Positions 1 through 13,162 of a stretch of 64,000 bases of DNA are shown one piece after another. How positions within the stretch are numbered: the stretch's first letter is position 1; each line of letters starts with the position of its first letter. The stretch is from Octopus vulgaris (Eukaryota). The stretch covers positions 146,320,001 through 146,384,000 of the forward strand of contig OX597818.1 in NCBI GenBank assembly GCA_951406725.2. Direction: 5' to 3'. The position numbers and the translations under genes were made by a program. The notes under the pieces are model-generated. The model saw only the letters and a program-made list of their open reading frames with translations, searched no databases and was not told the origin of the DNA.

Positions 1-147
1 TTTAATTAATTCTTGTTTACAATTATGTAGACAAAGCTAGTATATTCGTAAAATATTGTTCTGAAAAATAAATATGTTCTAATCCCAAATGCATAGAGTT
101 CACTTTTTATTGTAATTATAATTGTGGATCCTGAAATCGTATAACAA

Positions 148-215
<68 letters not shown>

Positions 216-327
216 GTATGTATATATGTATGTATGTATGTATACACACAAACATATATATATATACATATACACACACATATATATATACATATGGGGA
301 GGGTGTATGTACGTATAAATCTTCTAT

Positions 328-501
328 TTGATACTTGTTTCAGTTATAAAACTGCGGCCATGCTGGGGTACCGGCTTGGTGAGTTTTTAGTCGAATGAAG
401 CGACACCGGGTACTTATTATTTTCTAAAACATAGTATTTATTCCATCGGTCGCTTTAGCCGAACCGCTAATTTGGTGTAAAAACACCAACACCGGTTGTC
501 A

Positions 502-541
<40 letters not shown>

Positions 542-710
542 CACACATACGCGCGCGCGTGTGTGTGTGTACAGACACGACGGTCTTCCTTGAGTTTCGC
601 CTATTAAATCCACTCACAAGTTTTTGGTCAGCCCGGGGCTATACCAGAAGACTGAACCTGGAACCACGTGGTTGGGAGTGAGCTTCTTACCCAACAGCCA
701 CGCTTGCACC
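328..710 (-). mobile_element. SINE family A copy (tRNA-like head, internal microsatellite)
   Basis: Reverse complement aligns by eye to the full copy at 16013-16431; internal deletion. Confidence 0.8.
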
Positions 711-1076
711 TTAAATAACATGTATAGAATATGAAAAGTGTATCAGGAGGGAATGTCTGCGATCTGGTCACTGATATTTAAGAGCGCGGAATATGCATTC
801 ACTATAAAAGAGATATGAATGTGCATTCGTCTATATTATTACAGGAGCGATTCATTGAACGCTGCAGTCAATGCTGAGACCGAGATTTCAAGATTTCTGT
901 CCTGCATATTAACACCGGTAGTTACTTCAAACTGGCACGTATCTTTTTCTCAAATTGTATTTGTCGAAACGTTATTATTGGGTTTCGGACATAAAAGGAT
1001 ACAACTTAAATAAAATCTGTTTTTAGAGTGGTGTACACGCAAACACATATATTCAGACACGCACCAAAATATACTC

Positions 1077-1195
1077 ATGTATGTTTGTATACCTATGTAT
1101 ATGTATGTATCTATGTATGTATGTATGTATGTATGTATGTATGTATGTATGTATGTATGTATGTATGTATGTATGTATGTATGTATGTATGTATG

Positions 1196-1233
<38 letters not shown>
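1077..1233. repeat. (TATG)n/(TATC)n compound microsatellite
   Basis: Direct reading; representative of dozens of TA/TATG/CA arrays in the window. Confidence 0.95.
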
Positions 1234-1239
1234 CCTTTC

Positions 1240-1420
1240 TAGTGAGAATTTACAAAAAAAGAAAAAAAACAGAAGACGAAGACGGGTATGTAAACAACAA
1301 ACAGATGTATTAGTTTAATGCTTTTACGTTTCGAGCCCACGCTCTTCGAGAGAAAGGGACACAGAAACAAACGAGAGAAAATAAAAAAAAAGGTTTAGTG
1401 GCTAGCGATCTATCAAGGCT
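1240..1420 (-). mobile_element. Short non-coding element with HHR-like motif (same family as 59935-60240)
   Basis: Reverse complement matches 60050-60235; motif CTTT-CTCTCGA-A-GAGC-gtgg-GCTC-GAA-AC-GT-A-AAAG at 1321-1356. Confidence 0.7.
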
Positions 1421-1706
1421 AGCCTTTCTATCTAACTAACTGTGTGTATTTGTGTGTTTATACATATAAATTTATCATCAATTGTCCATAAATCAGTAAT
1501 AAAATCGCAGTAGATACAATAAAACAGCTGTATTTTTTATGAATCTATACATCCATATTTGTCTATCACTCACTTTCTTCTTCTCTCCTCCCCCTCTCTC
1601 TCTCTATAAATATATACAGAGAGAAATAGAGATAGAAAGATAGATACCTAAATATAGGTTTATAGATGAAATGTGTATGTATATAGATAAATAGGTAGAT
1701 ATCGCT

Positions 1707-1783
<77 letters not shown>

Positions 1784-1792
1784 TATAAATAC

Positions 1793-1911
<119 letters not shown>

Positions 1912-2300
1912 CTATGTATGTATGTATGTATCTATGTATGTATGTATGTATATACATTCATACATATGGGTGGGTGGGTGTCTGTTATTCACCATTTCGC
2001 AAAGGGAGATGACGTCAATCATTTTGTTGCTATCTACAGCGATATATTACTCAGGTGAATTTTTTTTTATTACATTGACTACGTCAAGAATATCAATATA
2101 TGTTCTGAAACTAAAGGTTTCAATCTTGACTCAAGAATACAATGTATTCTTCATGAAAGCGAAGATTTTATGAAGCATCTTTATAATCACTAACAGTCTG
2201 GTAGACTGTTAGCCTAAGTTTATTACACTGTTATATCAATTTTCCATTTATTCTGTTGTTTTAGCACCCTCAAGACCATGTGTAGATACATGTGTACATA

Positions 2301-2337
<37 letters not shown>

Positions 2338-2418
2338 GTGTAATAAATAAAATATATGCATACATACATACATATATGTACGTACCTACATCTACATGTA
2401 TATATACATGCATATATA

Positions 2419-2476
<58 letters not shown>

Positions 2477-2499
2477 GCATGCATATATAAATAAATATA

Positions 2500-2810
2500 T
2501 GTGAGTACAGGACACCATAAATAGACGTAGAACTCAACGAGAAACGAAAACGGAAAAACAAGCAAGGAACAGACCATATTTTTTTTTACAACGAAAAACA
2601 GAGTACAAGACAAATTACACAAGGAAAAATCCCCTTCATCAGCTGTCCCTAGTTCAACTCCAGCGTGTTTCGAAGGTAGGACAGAACATGACTCGTCAAA
2701 CTAGCCCTATACTGTTATGTCAGGGGAGAGTCATTTTCTTTTTGTGCCTTATAATTTAACACCCTCACAGGTAAAATTTCCCCTTATTCCTTCTTTTTAT
2801 TTTCCTAAAA
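2500..2810 (-). mobile_element. Unclassified short element between TA arrays, possibly PLE-derived
   Basis: Non-coding, bounded by (TA)n, contains GAAAC followed by CTGATGAAGGGG on the minus strand. Confidence 0.35.
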
Positions 2811-2817
2811 TATATAT

Positions 2818-3130
2818 AATCAAAATAAGAAACAAGATGTAGTGATACAGCACGACAGTTTCAAGCGGCTTCATTTACTTGAACAATGCGATCGTTACAT
2901 CAATCTAAATGCAATGCCATCTCCAGCTGCACAAATAAATAAATAGCGATATAATTTTCCTCCAAAATTATATTAATGTGTCCTACTGGTTAAACTCTAT
3001 TTATTTATTTGTACAACTGAAGATGGCACTGCATTTAAATCGATTTAATGATTGTATTGTTCAATTAAATGGAGTCGCTTGAAACGGTTGTATGGCATCA
3101 CTACTTGATATACTGTTGCTTATTTTGATT
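2818..3130. mobile_element. Fold-back element: diverged ~130-bp inverted arms, each with a decayed HHR
   Basis: 2818-2946 is the imperfect reverse complement of 2997-3130; CTGAAGA at 3017 and GAAAC-ggtt-GTA at 3081-3092. Confidence 0.7.
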
Positions 3131-3255
3131 TTATTTTTATTACTACGAGCTGTGCGGATAATACCGGACTGATTTGGTGTTTCAACTTAAAAACCTAATT
3201 CAACTGAATCTCAAATATTTATATATATATACACAAACATATATTCAATATCATA

Positions 3256-3287
<32 letters not shown>

Positions 3288-3369
3288 CGTATGTATGTAT
3301 GTATGTATGTATGTATGTATGTATGTATGTATGTATGTATTTTATGTTGTATGTATGTACGTATGTATG

Positions 3370-3429
<60 letters not shown>

Positions 3430-4564
3430 GGGAGAGATTGACAGACAGACAGGCAAGCAGCGGAAGAGAGAAAGAGAACTCTGTGTACTTATATAGTACA
3501 TATATGCATACATTTTCGTATATAGAAATGTGTGTGCGTAAATAGCAAGAAAAGAGGGAAACGAGAGGGAGGGAGAGATTTATAGAACTATACGCATACA
3601 CATACATATATACATATATATGTATATACACCCACATATATATCTATATATATATATATATATATAATACACAATGTATATTTGTGCATATATAGACACA
3701 CACATGTGTGTGTTTGTGTGTATGTGCATGTGTGTGTATGTGTGTGTGCGCATGCGTGTGTGTGTGTGTGTGTGTGTTTACACAAATAATCAGACATATA
3801 TGAATCAATTAGTTTTGATAAAAGCATTAGGAAATTTACGACAAGCGTAAGTAGTCAGAATAGCTTTTCTCATGTTTATCCAAAATTTGGTGCCATATTG
3901 TAATCAACTTAATTCTCCCCAGAGTCGGAATCATCTTTTATTCTTGCGACTTGTCGATAATATAATTAACAGTCAAACAACGAGATTTGTTCACCAGACT
4001 ATTGATTCTTCCCCTTATGCTTATTTAAAAAAATCGATATTATATATCAATGGCATATCCTACCACTAATGTGGCAGATAAATCAAATATATAAGTTTTG
4101 TGTTGGAATAGGATGAACGGTAGAGACAGCTGGCGTCTCTCTTGTAATGTTTTCTTAATTTGAAAGTTAAAAGTGTAAGAAAATAAATTTTAAAAATCGA
4201 CATTTTACTAAAATTAATGAAAACGAGGAGAGTGATGAAAGAGACTTTAACACATTCTCAGCAACACGTTGAAAGCGAATATAAAGAACTCGTCTGCGTT
4301 GACGTAAAAGCACTGTCAGACATTGAAATAAAGTGGAGAGTGTGAAACGGGAGAGAAAGGGGAAAAAAGAGATTAATTCCATAACTTATAAAATTGAAAT
4401 TGACCAATGGACTATGTTTGCCGAATGGGAGGAAGTGCGAGGAGTGTTGGTGTGAGGTGGATGTAACTAAGAAATTGATATGGAGTGGTACAGAGGTTAG
4501 TAACTTTGCAACCGTTGTCGTTCATCTGTCTATAGTACACACCACAGGCATACACACATACACG

Positions 4565-4675
4565 CACACACACGTTCTCACACGCACACACGTTCTCACA
4601 CGCACACACGTTCTCACACGCACGCACGTTCTCACACGCACACACGTTCTCACGCGCACACACGTTCTCACACAC
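4565..4675. repeat. 18-bp minisatellite (CACACACGTTCTCACACG) x~6
   Basis: Direct reading. Confidence 0.9.
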
Positions 4676-5041
4676 ACACACACATACACATACTCACTCA
4701 TACACACGCACACATATATAAGCAACTATTCAGCGATACCGCTGAAATCGTAACACGATAGCTACAGAAAACAACACACACACACGCACAGACATATATT
4801 TGTGTGTGTGTGTGTCCGTGTGTTTGTGTGTGTATGTGTTTGTGTGTGTATGTGTGTGTGTGTGTGTGTGTGCGTGTTAGTATACACATGCACATATATA
4901 TATAGGTGTGTATGCGCAAATACAGACACGTGTGTTGTACGTTTATTTGCATATAGACATGCGAGTGTGTTGATATGTGTGTTTGTTTAATAAACGTTTA
5001 CATTTCCTTGTGCGAGTTTATATAAACGTGTAAGTTCCCCT

Positions 5042-5085
<44 letters not shown>

Positions 5086-5645
5086 TCAATCTAAATGAGA
5101 GAATATCTGCTTAGTTGCACAAATAACATCCAAATCGCCCTTAATGCGATATGCTATCATGTTAAAAAGAAAAACAAATAAACAAAAAGTACAAAAAAAA
5201 ACCGCAAGAACATTAGATAAGAAGTTTAAAAAAAAGACAGTGTGTTTATAACATGAATACTTTAGATGGTAAACAATAACAGCATATACACACATGCATT
5301 TATCTATGACAATACATTCACTCAATATATGACATATACAAATCTATAAAATGAAAATGTCCACAAACAGGTTAAGTCAAAGTGAGTCTTTGTTTTGTTC
5401 TGTTTTGTTTTGTTTTGTCTTCTCCTCGATTGGTAACTGTGTCTCCTTCAGTTTTTGTACAAATGCAAAAGCAGTAAAGATTTCGATGAATTAGTTCTCC
5501 GAAGCTTCGCTTTCTGTAGGAAGAAAGCGTTGATGTTATGTCTCAGGCGTCTTATCATTACTGTTTTTGCGGTATACCGTTCTAACATCCAAACCGTACA
5601 ATTAGCGTCGATAATAATATTCTTCAGTATACTTTGTACTTCGTG

Positions 5646-5930
5646 AAGGCACATGGCCTAGTGGTTAGAGCAGTGGACTCGCAGTCGAGGGATCGCGGGT
5701 TCGAATCTCAGACCGGGCGCTGAGTGTGTTTATGCGTGAAACACCTAAGCTCCATGCGGCTCCGACAGAAGGTAATGGTGAACTTCTTCTGACTCTTTCG
5801 CCACAACTTTCTCTCACTCTTTCTTCTGCTGCATCTTGCAGCTCACCGGCGTCCCGTCCAGGTGGGGAACCTATACGCCCAGGAAACCGGGAAACCGGCC
5901 CTATAATCCAGTCGTGGCTCGAGAAGGAAC
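5646..5930 (+). mobile_element. SINE family C (tRNA-derived head)
   Basis: A box TGGCCTAGTGG, B box GGTTCGAATCT; homologous to 20946, 35604, 58206. Confidence 0.8.
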
Positions 5931-7754
5931 AAACATACTTTGTATCGAGACGTGTTTCTTATCCTACTGCTGTTCTCCCAGCAATCCAAATACCAACCAG
6001 ATTTTGAACATTCTGTGATCTAGTTAGGCAGTGATCGCCTGCTATTGTTATTGATCGTGCTGCCCAGATTTGACTTAATCCTATCACATCCTGCTTGCTA
6101 TTTTTGTATCCAATACAGAAACATCCACATGTTAATTTGCAAACCGAACTTTGTAGTTGCAATTACCAAAGCATTCTTCAAGCTTTCTACGTGGACAACT
6201 GTTCAATCATCTACAAATGACAGATCTCTGACAAACATATGAAGAAATTAAAGGCTTTTGTCATCTTGCATTTCTGAGATTTAGGAGTCAATAGTTTATG
6301 GGAAGCCACTTTGCAACCGGCACAACTAAAGTTCAACCGAGAAAACTGGGACAGCATAAAACGAAACACCATACCCAAGGTCACAATTTAGCGTTCGTAC
6401 CGGAGATGGAAAACACAACCGCTTCGTCGTGCGTCCAACCGCCTAACCCCTCGGCCGCTCACCTTCATAAATTATATACTAGGAAGCTCTAAAAGAGCTG
6501 ATTTGTGTTACATTAAATTTCCCAGTCTACCTGAATAGTTTTTGTCTCGGTATTTACACTAAATATTAATTTATGAAATACGTGCAAATCATGGAAATAC
6601 GACAATGTGACATTTATATTCCTTTATTTACCATTATGTATAGCGGCCATATAAAGCAAATAATATAAGTCCTCTATCAAAAGAATAATTTAATACTTTC
6701 AGACAATAACGAGGTTGCTGCCAACAACAGAACTGCATTGGGATAGATGAGTTTTTATCTCTCAATAAGAACCACTATTGAAATCAAATGGAATACCAAT
6801 TAAAGTCAATATTCAAATATATTATATTTACATTATCATTGAGCTTATGAAGTGATTTCATTTCATCAATGTTTAGAGAAAAAATAGCCTTAAAAAATTG
6901 AAGTATTTCAAAACTATGTCGTAATATTTGTTAGGATCTGTCTGGTGTGTATGTTACCTGGAAAGAGAAACCGAGGATTCTCCAACCACAGAGAGATGGA
7001 GGAAATAGCAAAATTATACTAAGGATAGCGACCTGGGACAGGTAGCAGAAATATGCACATGACGTTTCGTGCTGTATAGCAAGACAAAATCATGATTAAA
7101 ATATAAAGCTTCCGGAAAGGTATTAGTCATAATATATGTGAACTGGTACAAAGCAAGGTTTGAAAATCGAAACAACGTCACAAAATCTTCTCACAGAGAT
7201 CTTGTTTGAATTCTTCGGGTTTAACTGTATTTATAAATACTGGTTTTGTTTCTGATATAATATCCTACAGTTTAGGGAGCTGGAGAAAATGGACGTTCAG
7301 TGCTCATGTTTTTTTTTCTGTAATAATACATAAAGTGAGATAGCTTCGATCAAAAATCGAAACCGTGCCCATGTTAAAGTCAAAAATTAGCAAAGTACTC
7401 TCTCTCTCTCTCATTCTTTCTCACTTCCCTCTCTCTCCATTCTTTCTATAATCTCTCTCTCTCTCTCTCTCTCACGTCTATATCTTTTTTCCATTTACTC
7501 TCTCTCGGTCTCTCTTCCTCTCTTTCTCATACCCACGCACAGATCTGTATCTCTATTTTTCTTTTCTTTTTTGCTTTTTCTGTGTGTTGCCTCTGTTTCT
7601 TTATGCATTTATATTTACATAAAGTTAAACGGACGTGTTTGTAAAGTTAAATAAATACACACATATACAAATACACGTACTCTTATGTACATACACATTC
7701 ACACGCACACACGCATACATAGATATGTGTGGTGTGTGTGTGAGTGTGTGCATG

Positions 7755-7800
<46 letters not shown>

Positions 7801-8472
7801 CAGCTTTACAACGTTAACTTGTGCTGAAGATAAATATTGATCTTGGCCTTGTTGTTCATTGGACAAACTCATACTCGCCATAAACGATGTGAAGGAGATG
7901 ACGACGTCATCGGTTTCCAAGGGATACCGTGGAGACGAAATAGCAAAGGTTCATGTTGTATCATTCTTTTTCGATAATTTTCTTAACTGCATAATTTATT
8001 TTGACGTATTTTTTTTTCATTGAATACTTTGTGTTGCTTAGATCTCCCTTGTTTATAAAGCTTCTGTTTGCCCTTAAGTGAGAGAGAGAGAGATAGGGGT
8101 GGGAGAGTGAGAGAAAGAAAGGGTGGGAGAGAGAAGGAGAAAGAGAAATAGAGGGGGAGAGAGAGACAAAGAGTAAAGAACATTGATAATTCATCACTAT
8201 CATGTTCGATCATCCAATAAAATAGTTGTGATTAACACTGTTATGCTTGGTGTATAAGGGCTTTTTCCTTGCTTTATAAATGTGCACACACACACACACA
8301 TATATGCATGCATGCTTGCCTGTATGTGTGTATGTATGTATGTATGCATGCATGCATGTATGTATGTATATATATGTGGGTGTGTGGGTGTGGGTATGCA
8401 TGCATTTTCTGTTTATCTTTGTCTATTTCTTCTCTGCAGTGTTGTATTTGTTTTTCACTGCTCGCCCACTTT

Positions 8473-8550
<78 letters not shown>

Positions 8551-10493
8551 TTGTGTGTGTGTACGTATGTATATGTATATATGTATGCATGAATGTATGT
8601 ATGTATGTGTATATTTATATATATATATATATATATATGGAGAGAGAGGGCGGGGGAGAAGTAATAATGCATATAAACACAGTTATGCCTGAAACATATA
8701 TATATATATATGTGTGTGGGGGGGGGTTGGAGTATATTTACATAGTACAAAAATAGTGAATAATATGAAGAAAATACATAATTCCTTTAGTCGACATCTG
8801 TTTCAAGAAGCTAGGAGTTACGAAATAAATATAATAATCATAATTTGGCGATGGAGTACACAAAAAGTCTTGGGTAAGCAATCAGTAAAGATTCCGCTTG
8901 GAGATGATGGCAGCTGACTAGACGGGAAGACATGGAGAGATAAACGATGGAAGAAAGAAGTAGGAGTGGGAGTTGCGGAAGAAGGAATGCTGGGATAGGA
9001 ATAAAATGGTACAAGGAGAAAAGGAGAAAGAAAATACTAGTAGCATAGCTAAATAATGAGAAAGAGCTTAACCACGATAAGGCTGTTAGTGTTGTTCGGG
9101 GAAGCCCCACAAACGTCGGACCAGGAAAAGGTATAGCGAATATCCTTGGGCTTGAGTTGGTGTATATATGTGCCAGAGAGGTTTACCGGCTACACTTGAG
9201 AATGAATTTAAGGGAAACCGATAGCGGCGCTTGAAATCAACGGTGCTACCAGTGTAGACCCTAACCGGGTGGGAATGTAGCCGAAAATTACAGGTTCTCC
9301 CGCTAGCAATCGACCTATGATCATTCCTTGTTCTATGTTAATTCGTATAATTAGTTATTCTTGAGGTAGGACCGGTGGTAGTATCGTTACTTGTATGGAG
9401 CTGGGAGAGAACTTCACTGCAGTCACATGTACTAGGGGCAATGTTGCTATTATTGAAGTGGGTAGAATTCCCGAAGTTCGTAGTATTAGTATCGAGCGAG
9501 TTCGAGGGGCTTCCAGACGGATAGTTTGTATGGCTCACAGTAAGGGGGCTAAGTTTGCGCCTTCCCTTCTCTTCTACCCTCTTCTTCCTATTCGTTCTCG
9601 CCTTCACCATTGCCGACCCCGTCGCCACTCTCGTTTCATTTCTAGAATCTTCATCGTCACCATCACCACTTGTTACCATAATTACAACTCTAATTTATGG
9701 TCACCATCATCATCATCATTATTATCATCATCATCACCATCGTCATTACTATCACTACCATTATCACCATTTATTTGCATTTCCCTTTTCAACATTATTT
9801 GGATCAACTGATTCCTCAAAATCAGCAGCAGCAGCATTAGTATCACCACCACAATAAACTTCCCCTCCGCCCCCGCCAACATCACCACCACCATCTTATC
9901 TTCATCATCATCATCATCGTCATCATTATATTCATTATTGCTGCCGTGACTGTTGTTGGCATTGTCGTCGTTATCATCTCCACTGATGTCGTTGTTACAT
10001 TATTAAAACATTGTTTCTTTTTTGTTTGTTATTTTTTAAATAACAATTTTTCCGCTCTTTTCTGGCAAAACAGCGCTTGCGTCAACCTTATTACTACAAT
10101 ATCTGTAATCGTATTAGTTCAATCTGTTATTAATGTCTTATTGCTGTCATATTGTTACTGTTGAATTTATAGCTCCTGATGCTATTGTTTACTTACTGTT
10201 TGAAGAATAAAAAATTACAGACCGAATCTTTTAGCAGGAATTGCCGTTATTATTGTTTCTTTTTGTTGTTCTAATATTGTTTTTTTTTTTGTTCTGATTT
10301 CACTTTTTTCTCTTTTCGGAGTAGTATGTGAAAGTATAAAGGTGGTATTGAGCGAAATGCACTCAAATATGACGCATTGTACCTTAAAATTGTAAGAATG
10401 TATAATTTATATTTAACAGGGACAGTGAGAAAGGCTTTGATTTTATCATTAATAACAGCATTCTCCATCATTACCACTCTTCATTGATTTGAA

Positions 10494-10494
<1 letters not shown>

Positions 10495-10554
<60 letters not shown>

Positions 10555-10800
10555 TACATTATTTACAATTGATGGATATTTGTCCTCATCTTGTTTGTTT
10601 TTAACACAACGTTTCGGCTGATATACCTTCCAGCTTTCATCAGGTGTCTTTGGGGAAATTTCGAACCTGAGTTCTCATTCCTAAGGTATTTTTCGACGTT
10701 TGTTATTATTATTATTATTCAGGTCACTGCCTGGAAACGATCTCGGAATCTAGGGGTTAGTGGTCCGCGCTCTTAACCACTACGCCATATGCCTGTGGGC
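10495..10800 (-). mobile_element. tRNA-headed SINE-like element with a 3' hammerhead ribozyme and (AAT)n tail
   Basis: A box TGGCGTAGTGG (10777-10787), degenerate B box GAGATCGTTTCC (10733-10744), HHR at 10603-10648, AAT tail. Confidence 0.7.
10603..10648 (-). ncRNA. Minimal type I hammerhead ribozyme
   Basis: GACAC-CTGATGA-A-AGCTG-gaaggtatat-CAGCC-GAA-AC-GT-T-GTGTT: canonical core, stems I and II, loopless ACGU helix III, GUU site. Confidence 0.85.
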
Positions 10801-10818
10801 TCTTAAATATAGAACTGC

Positions 10819-11060
<242 letters not shown>

Positions 11061-11063
11061 TGA

Positions 11064-11265
11064 GACGGCGAGCTGACAGAATCGCTAGCACCAAAGGCTT
11101 ATCAGCATTTCGTCCGTCTTTACGTTCTGAGATCAAATTCCACTGAAGCTGACTTTGCCTTTCGTCCTCTGGAGGTCGATCAAATAAAAGAGAACAATTG
11201 GGAAGAATACAGTTGACTTGCCGCCTTCCTTCAAAATTACTCACCTTGTGCCAAAATTAGAATTA
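11064..11265 (+). mobile_element. SINE family B copy (Nin/Deu-like central domain)
   Basis: Homologous to 48200-48434. Confidence 0.75.
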
Positions 11266-11984
11266 TTATTTATTATTTTTGTTTACCTGAGCGTGTTTTA
11301 GAAGCTCCGTGCGCTTGTCCTTCGTTTTCCATTTTAAAAGTTTTTGTTTTCGTTGATTTCAATGTTCTATCTTGTTTCTTAGTTAACCTTAAGTACCACA
11401 TGTTTTTGTTTCTCAAGTGTTTTTGTTCCTTGTCCGATGGGGCAAAATTTTAAAAGAAAGAAACTATTTTTCGAAACAGGAAAAATTTCAAAATCTTGCA
11501 GTCTTTGTCGATTAGTAAGCAAAAGAGGAAGATTTGTGAAGGTTTTGAAAAATGAAAAAAAACAACAACTTTGTCAGTCTTTTCCTACGAGTCCTGTCAG
11601 ACAATACCTCAGGAGTAGTAGTTGATAAAATTAGCATTATCGGTACCAACACCAGCAGTAATAATAACAAAAGTAACAACAGCAACAAAAACAGCAACAA
11701 CAACAGCAGCAGTAGCAGCAAGGCCAATGGCATGTTACTCAAGCAAGCTCGCAAAATCACTAGCCGCCCCACCACCAAGTGCACCACCAACCCAGTAAGA
11801 AGTAATAATGGTAGCGACAGTGATAATCCCAAGAACACCACTAGCAGTAGTAAAACCACAAAAGAAAAACTGTTTCCTACGCCAAAATCACATCCATGTT
11901 CCATGTCATCTTAACAGAGAACATGTATAAACATTTAAAAGAAGCAGAGTAAAACAGTAATCGACAAGAAGGAAAAAAGCTTCA

Positions 11985-12140
11985 ATATACTGCAACATCT
12001 CTTGGAGTAAACAGAAAGGAAACATTTTTGTACGGGTTCCAATTAATGAAAACAAGGATATGATCTTATGCATTCAGATCAAGTTGAATTCAAATCGAAC
12101 TAAATGTATGGGACATGCTCAGAAGCATTCCATGTTACTA
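11985..12140 (+). pseudogene. Decayed RTE-clade LINE ORF2 C-terminal fragment
   Basis: Translates CNISWSKQKGNIFVR...RTKCMGH, resembling the RTE ISW..NxxVR..RLxWxGH motifs. Confidence 0.4.
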
Positions 12141-12749
12141 CAGAAATTGCAGACTTCTCACTTATACCTATTTATCTGGGATGGCGAGTGATCTGAGTAA
12201 AACTCTAAGGCATACTACTAGGACTAGATTTCTGGTTTTGTGAAATGTGTAGTGTTGGAAGACACTATCGCGCTGCTGGAAAGAAATAGGTACAGAAAAA
12301 AACAGACTTAGCTGCAATGGGATAGGAGATTTTGATTCAGTTAAAACTCGAGGCACTCGAAGACAACCACAACCAACAGAGGTCCCAGGAGGACAGCAAC
12401 TGCAAGTGATAGTGAAGGATAATAAGCCTCGATGTTACAACTGTGGAAACACTAACTACTTCAACAAAAGAAATTAACAGCTGAAAGAACGTATCTACTA
12501 TTGTTGGTTTCATCAACAACAGCAGCAATCACAACACAAACAATCCCAGCAGATACAACGACAGAATAAAACACTAAAAACAGGAAAAACAACTTCAAGA
12601 GTTGAAACAACAGCAACAAAAGCAACAAAAGAATCACCGCGCATAAGTCGGTGCTGGATATGTTGTTGGCGGAGAAGAAGGTTGCCCTGTAGATACTTGA
12701 AAATCATTAAGATGGAAAATGTATGAGTGTTGGGGGCTATTCGAATTTA

Positions 12750-12973
12750 TCTTTTTATCTTTTACTTGTTCCAGTCATTTGACTGCGGTCATACTGGGGC
12801 ACTGTCTTGAAGAACTTTAAGCCGAATGAATCGACCCCTTATTTTTTAAAGCCTGGTACTTATTCTATCGGTCACATTTGCGAAACCACTAAGTAATCGC
12901 ACCAGCACCGGTTGTCAAGTGGTGGTGGTGGTGGTGGTAGTGATGGTTGTGGACAAACATAGACACAAAGACA

Positions 12974-13015
<42 letters not shown>

Positions 13016-13162
13016 ACATATATACGACAGGCTTCTGTCATTTACCATCTACCAAATCCATTCACAAGGATTTGGTCAGCCCCAAAGGGCAACGAAGTGG
13101 GACTGAACCTGGAACCATGTGGATGGGAAGCCAACGTCTTGCCACACAGCCATGCCGGTGCC
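12750..13162 (-). mobile_element. SINE family A copy
   Basis: Homology to 16013-16431. Confidence 0.8.

Noticed and set aside
2189-2211. Perfect 10-bp hairpin CTAACAGTCT-ggt-AGACTGTTAG
   Set aside because: Isolated, with no context suggesting function
5646-5720. tRNA-like sequences here and at 20946, 35604, 37820, 49240
   Set aside because: They continue into repeated SINE bodies and lack a complete cloverleaf; SINE heads, not tRNA genes
11552-11914. 120-aa N/S/T-rich ORF
   Set aside because: Degenerate trinucleotide repeats, no domain or splice evidence
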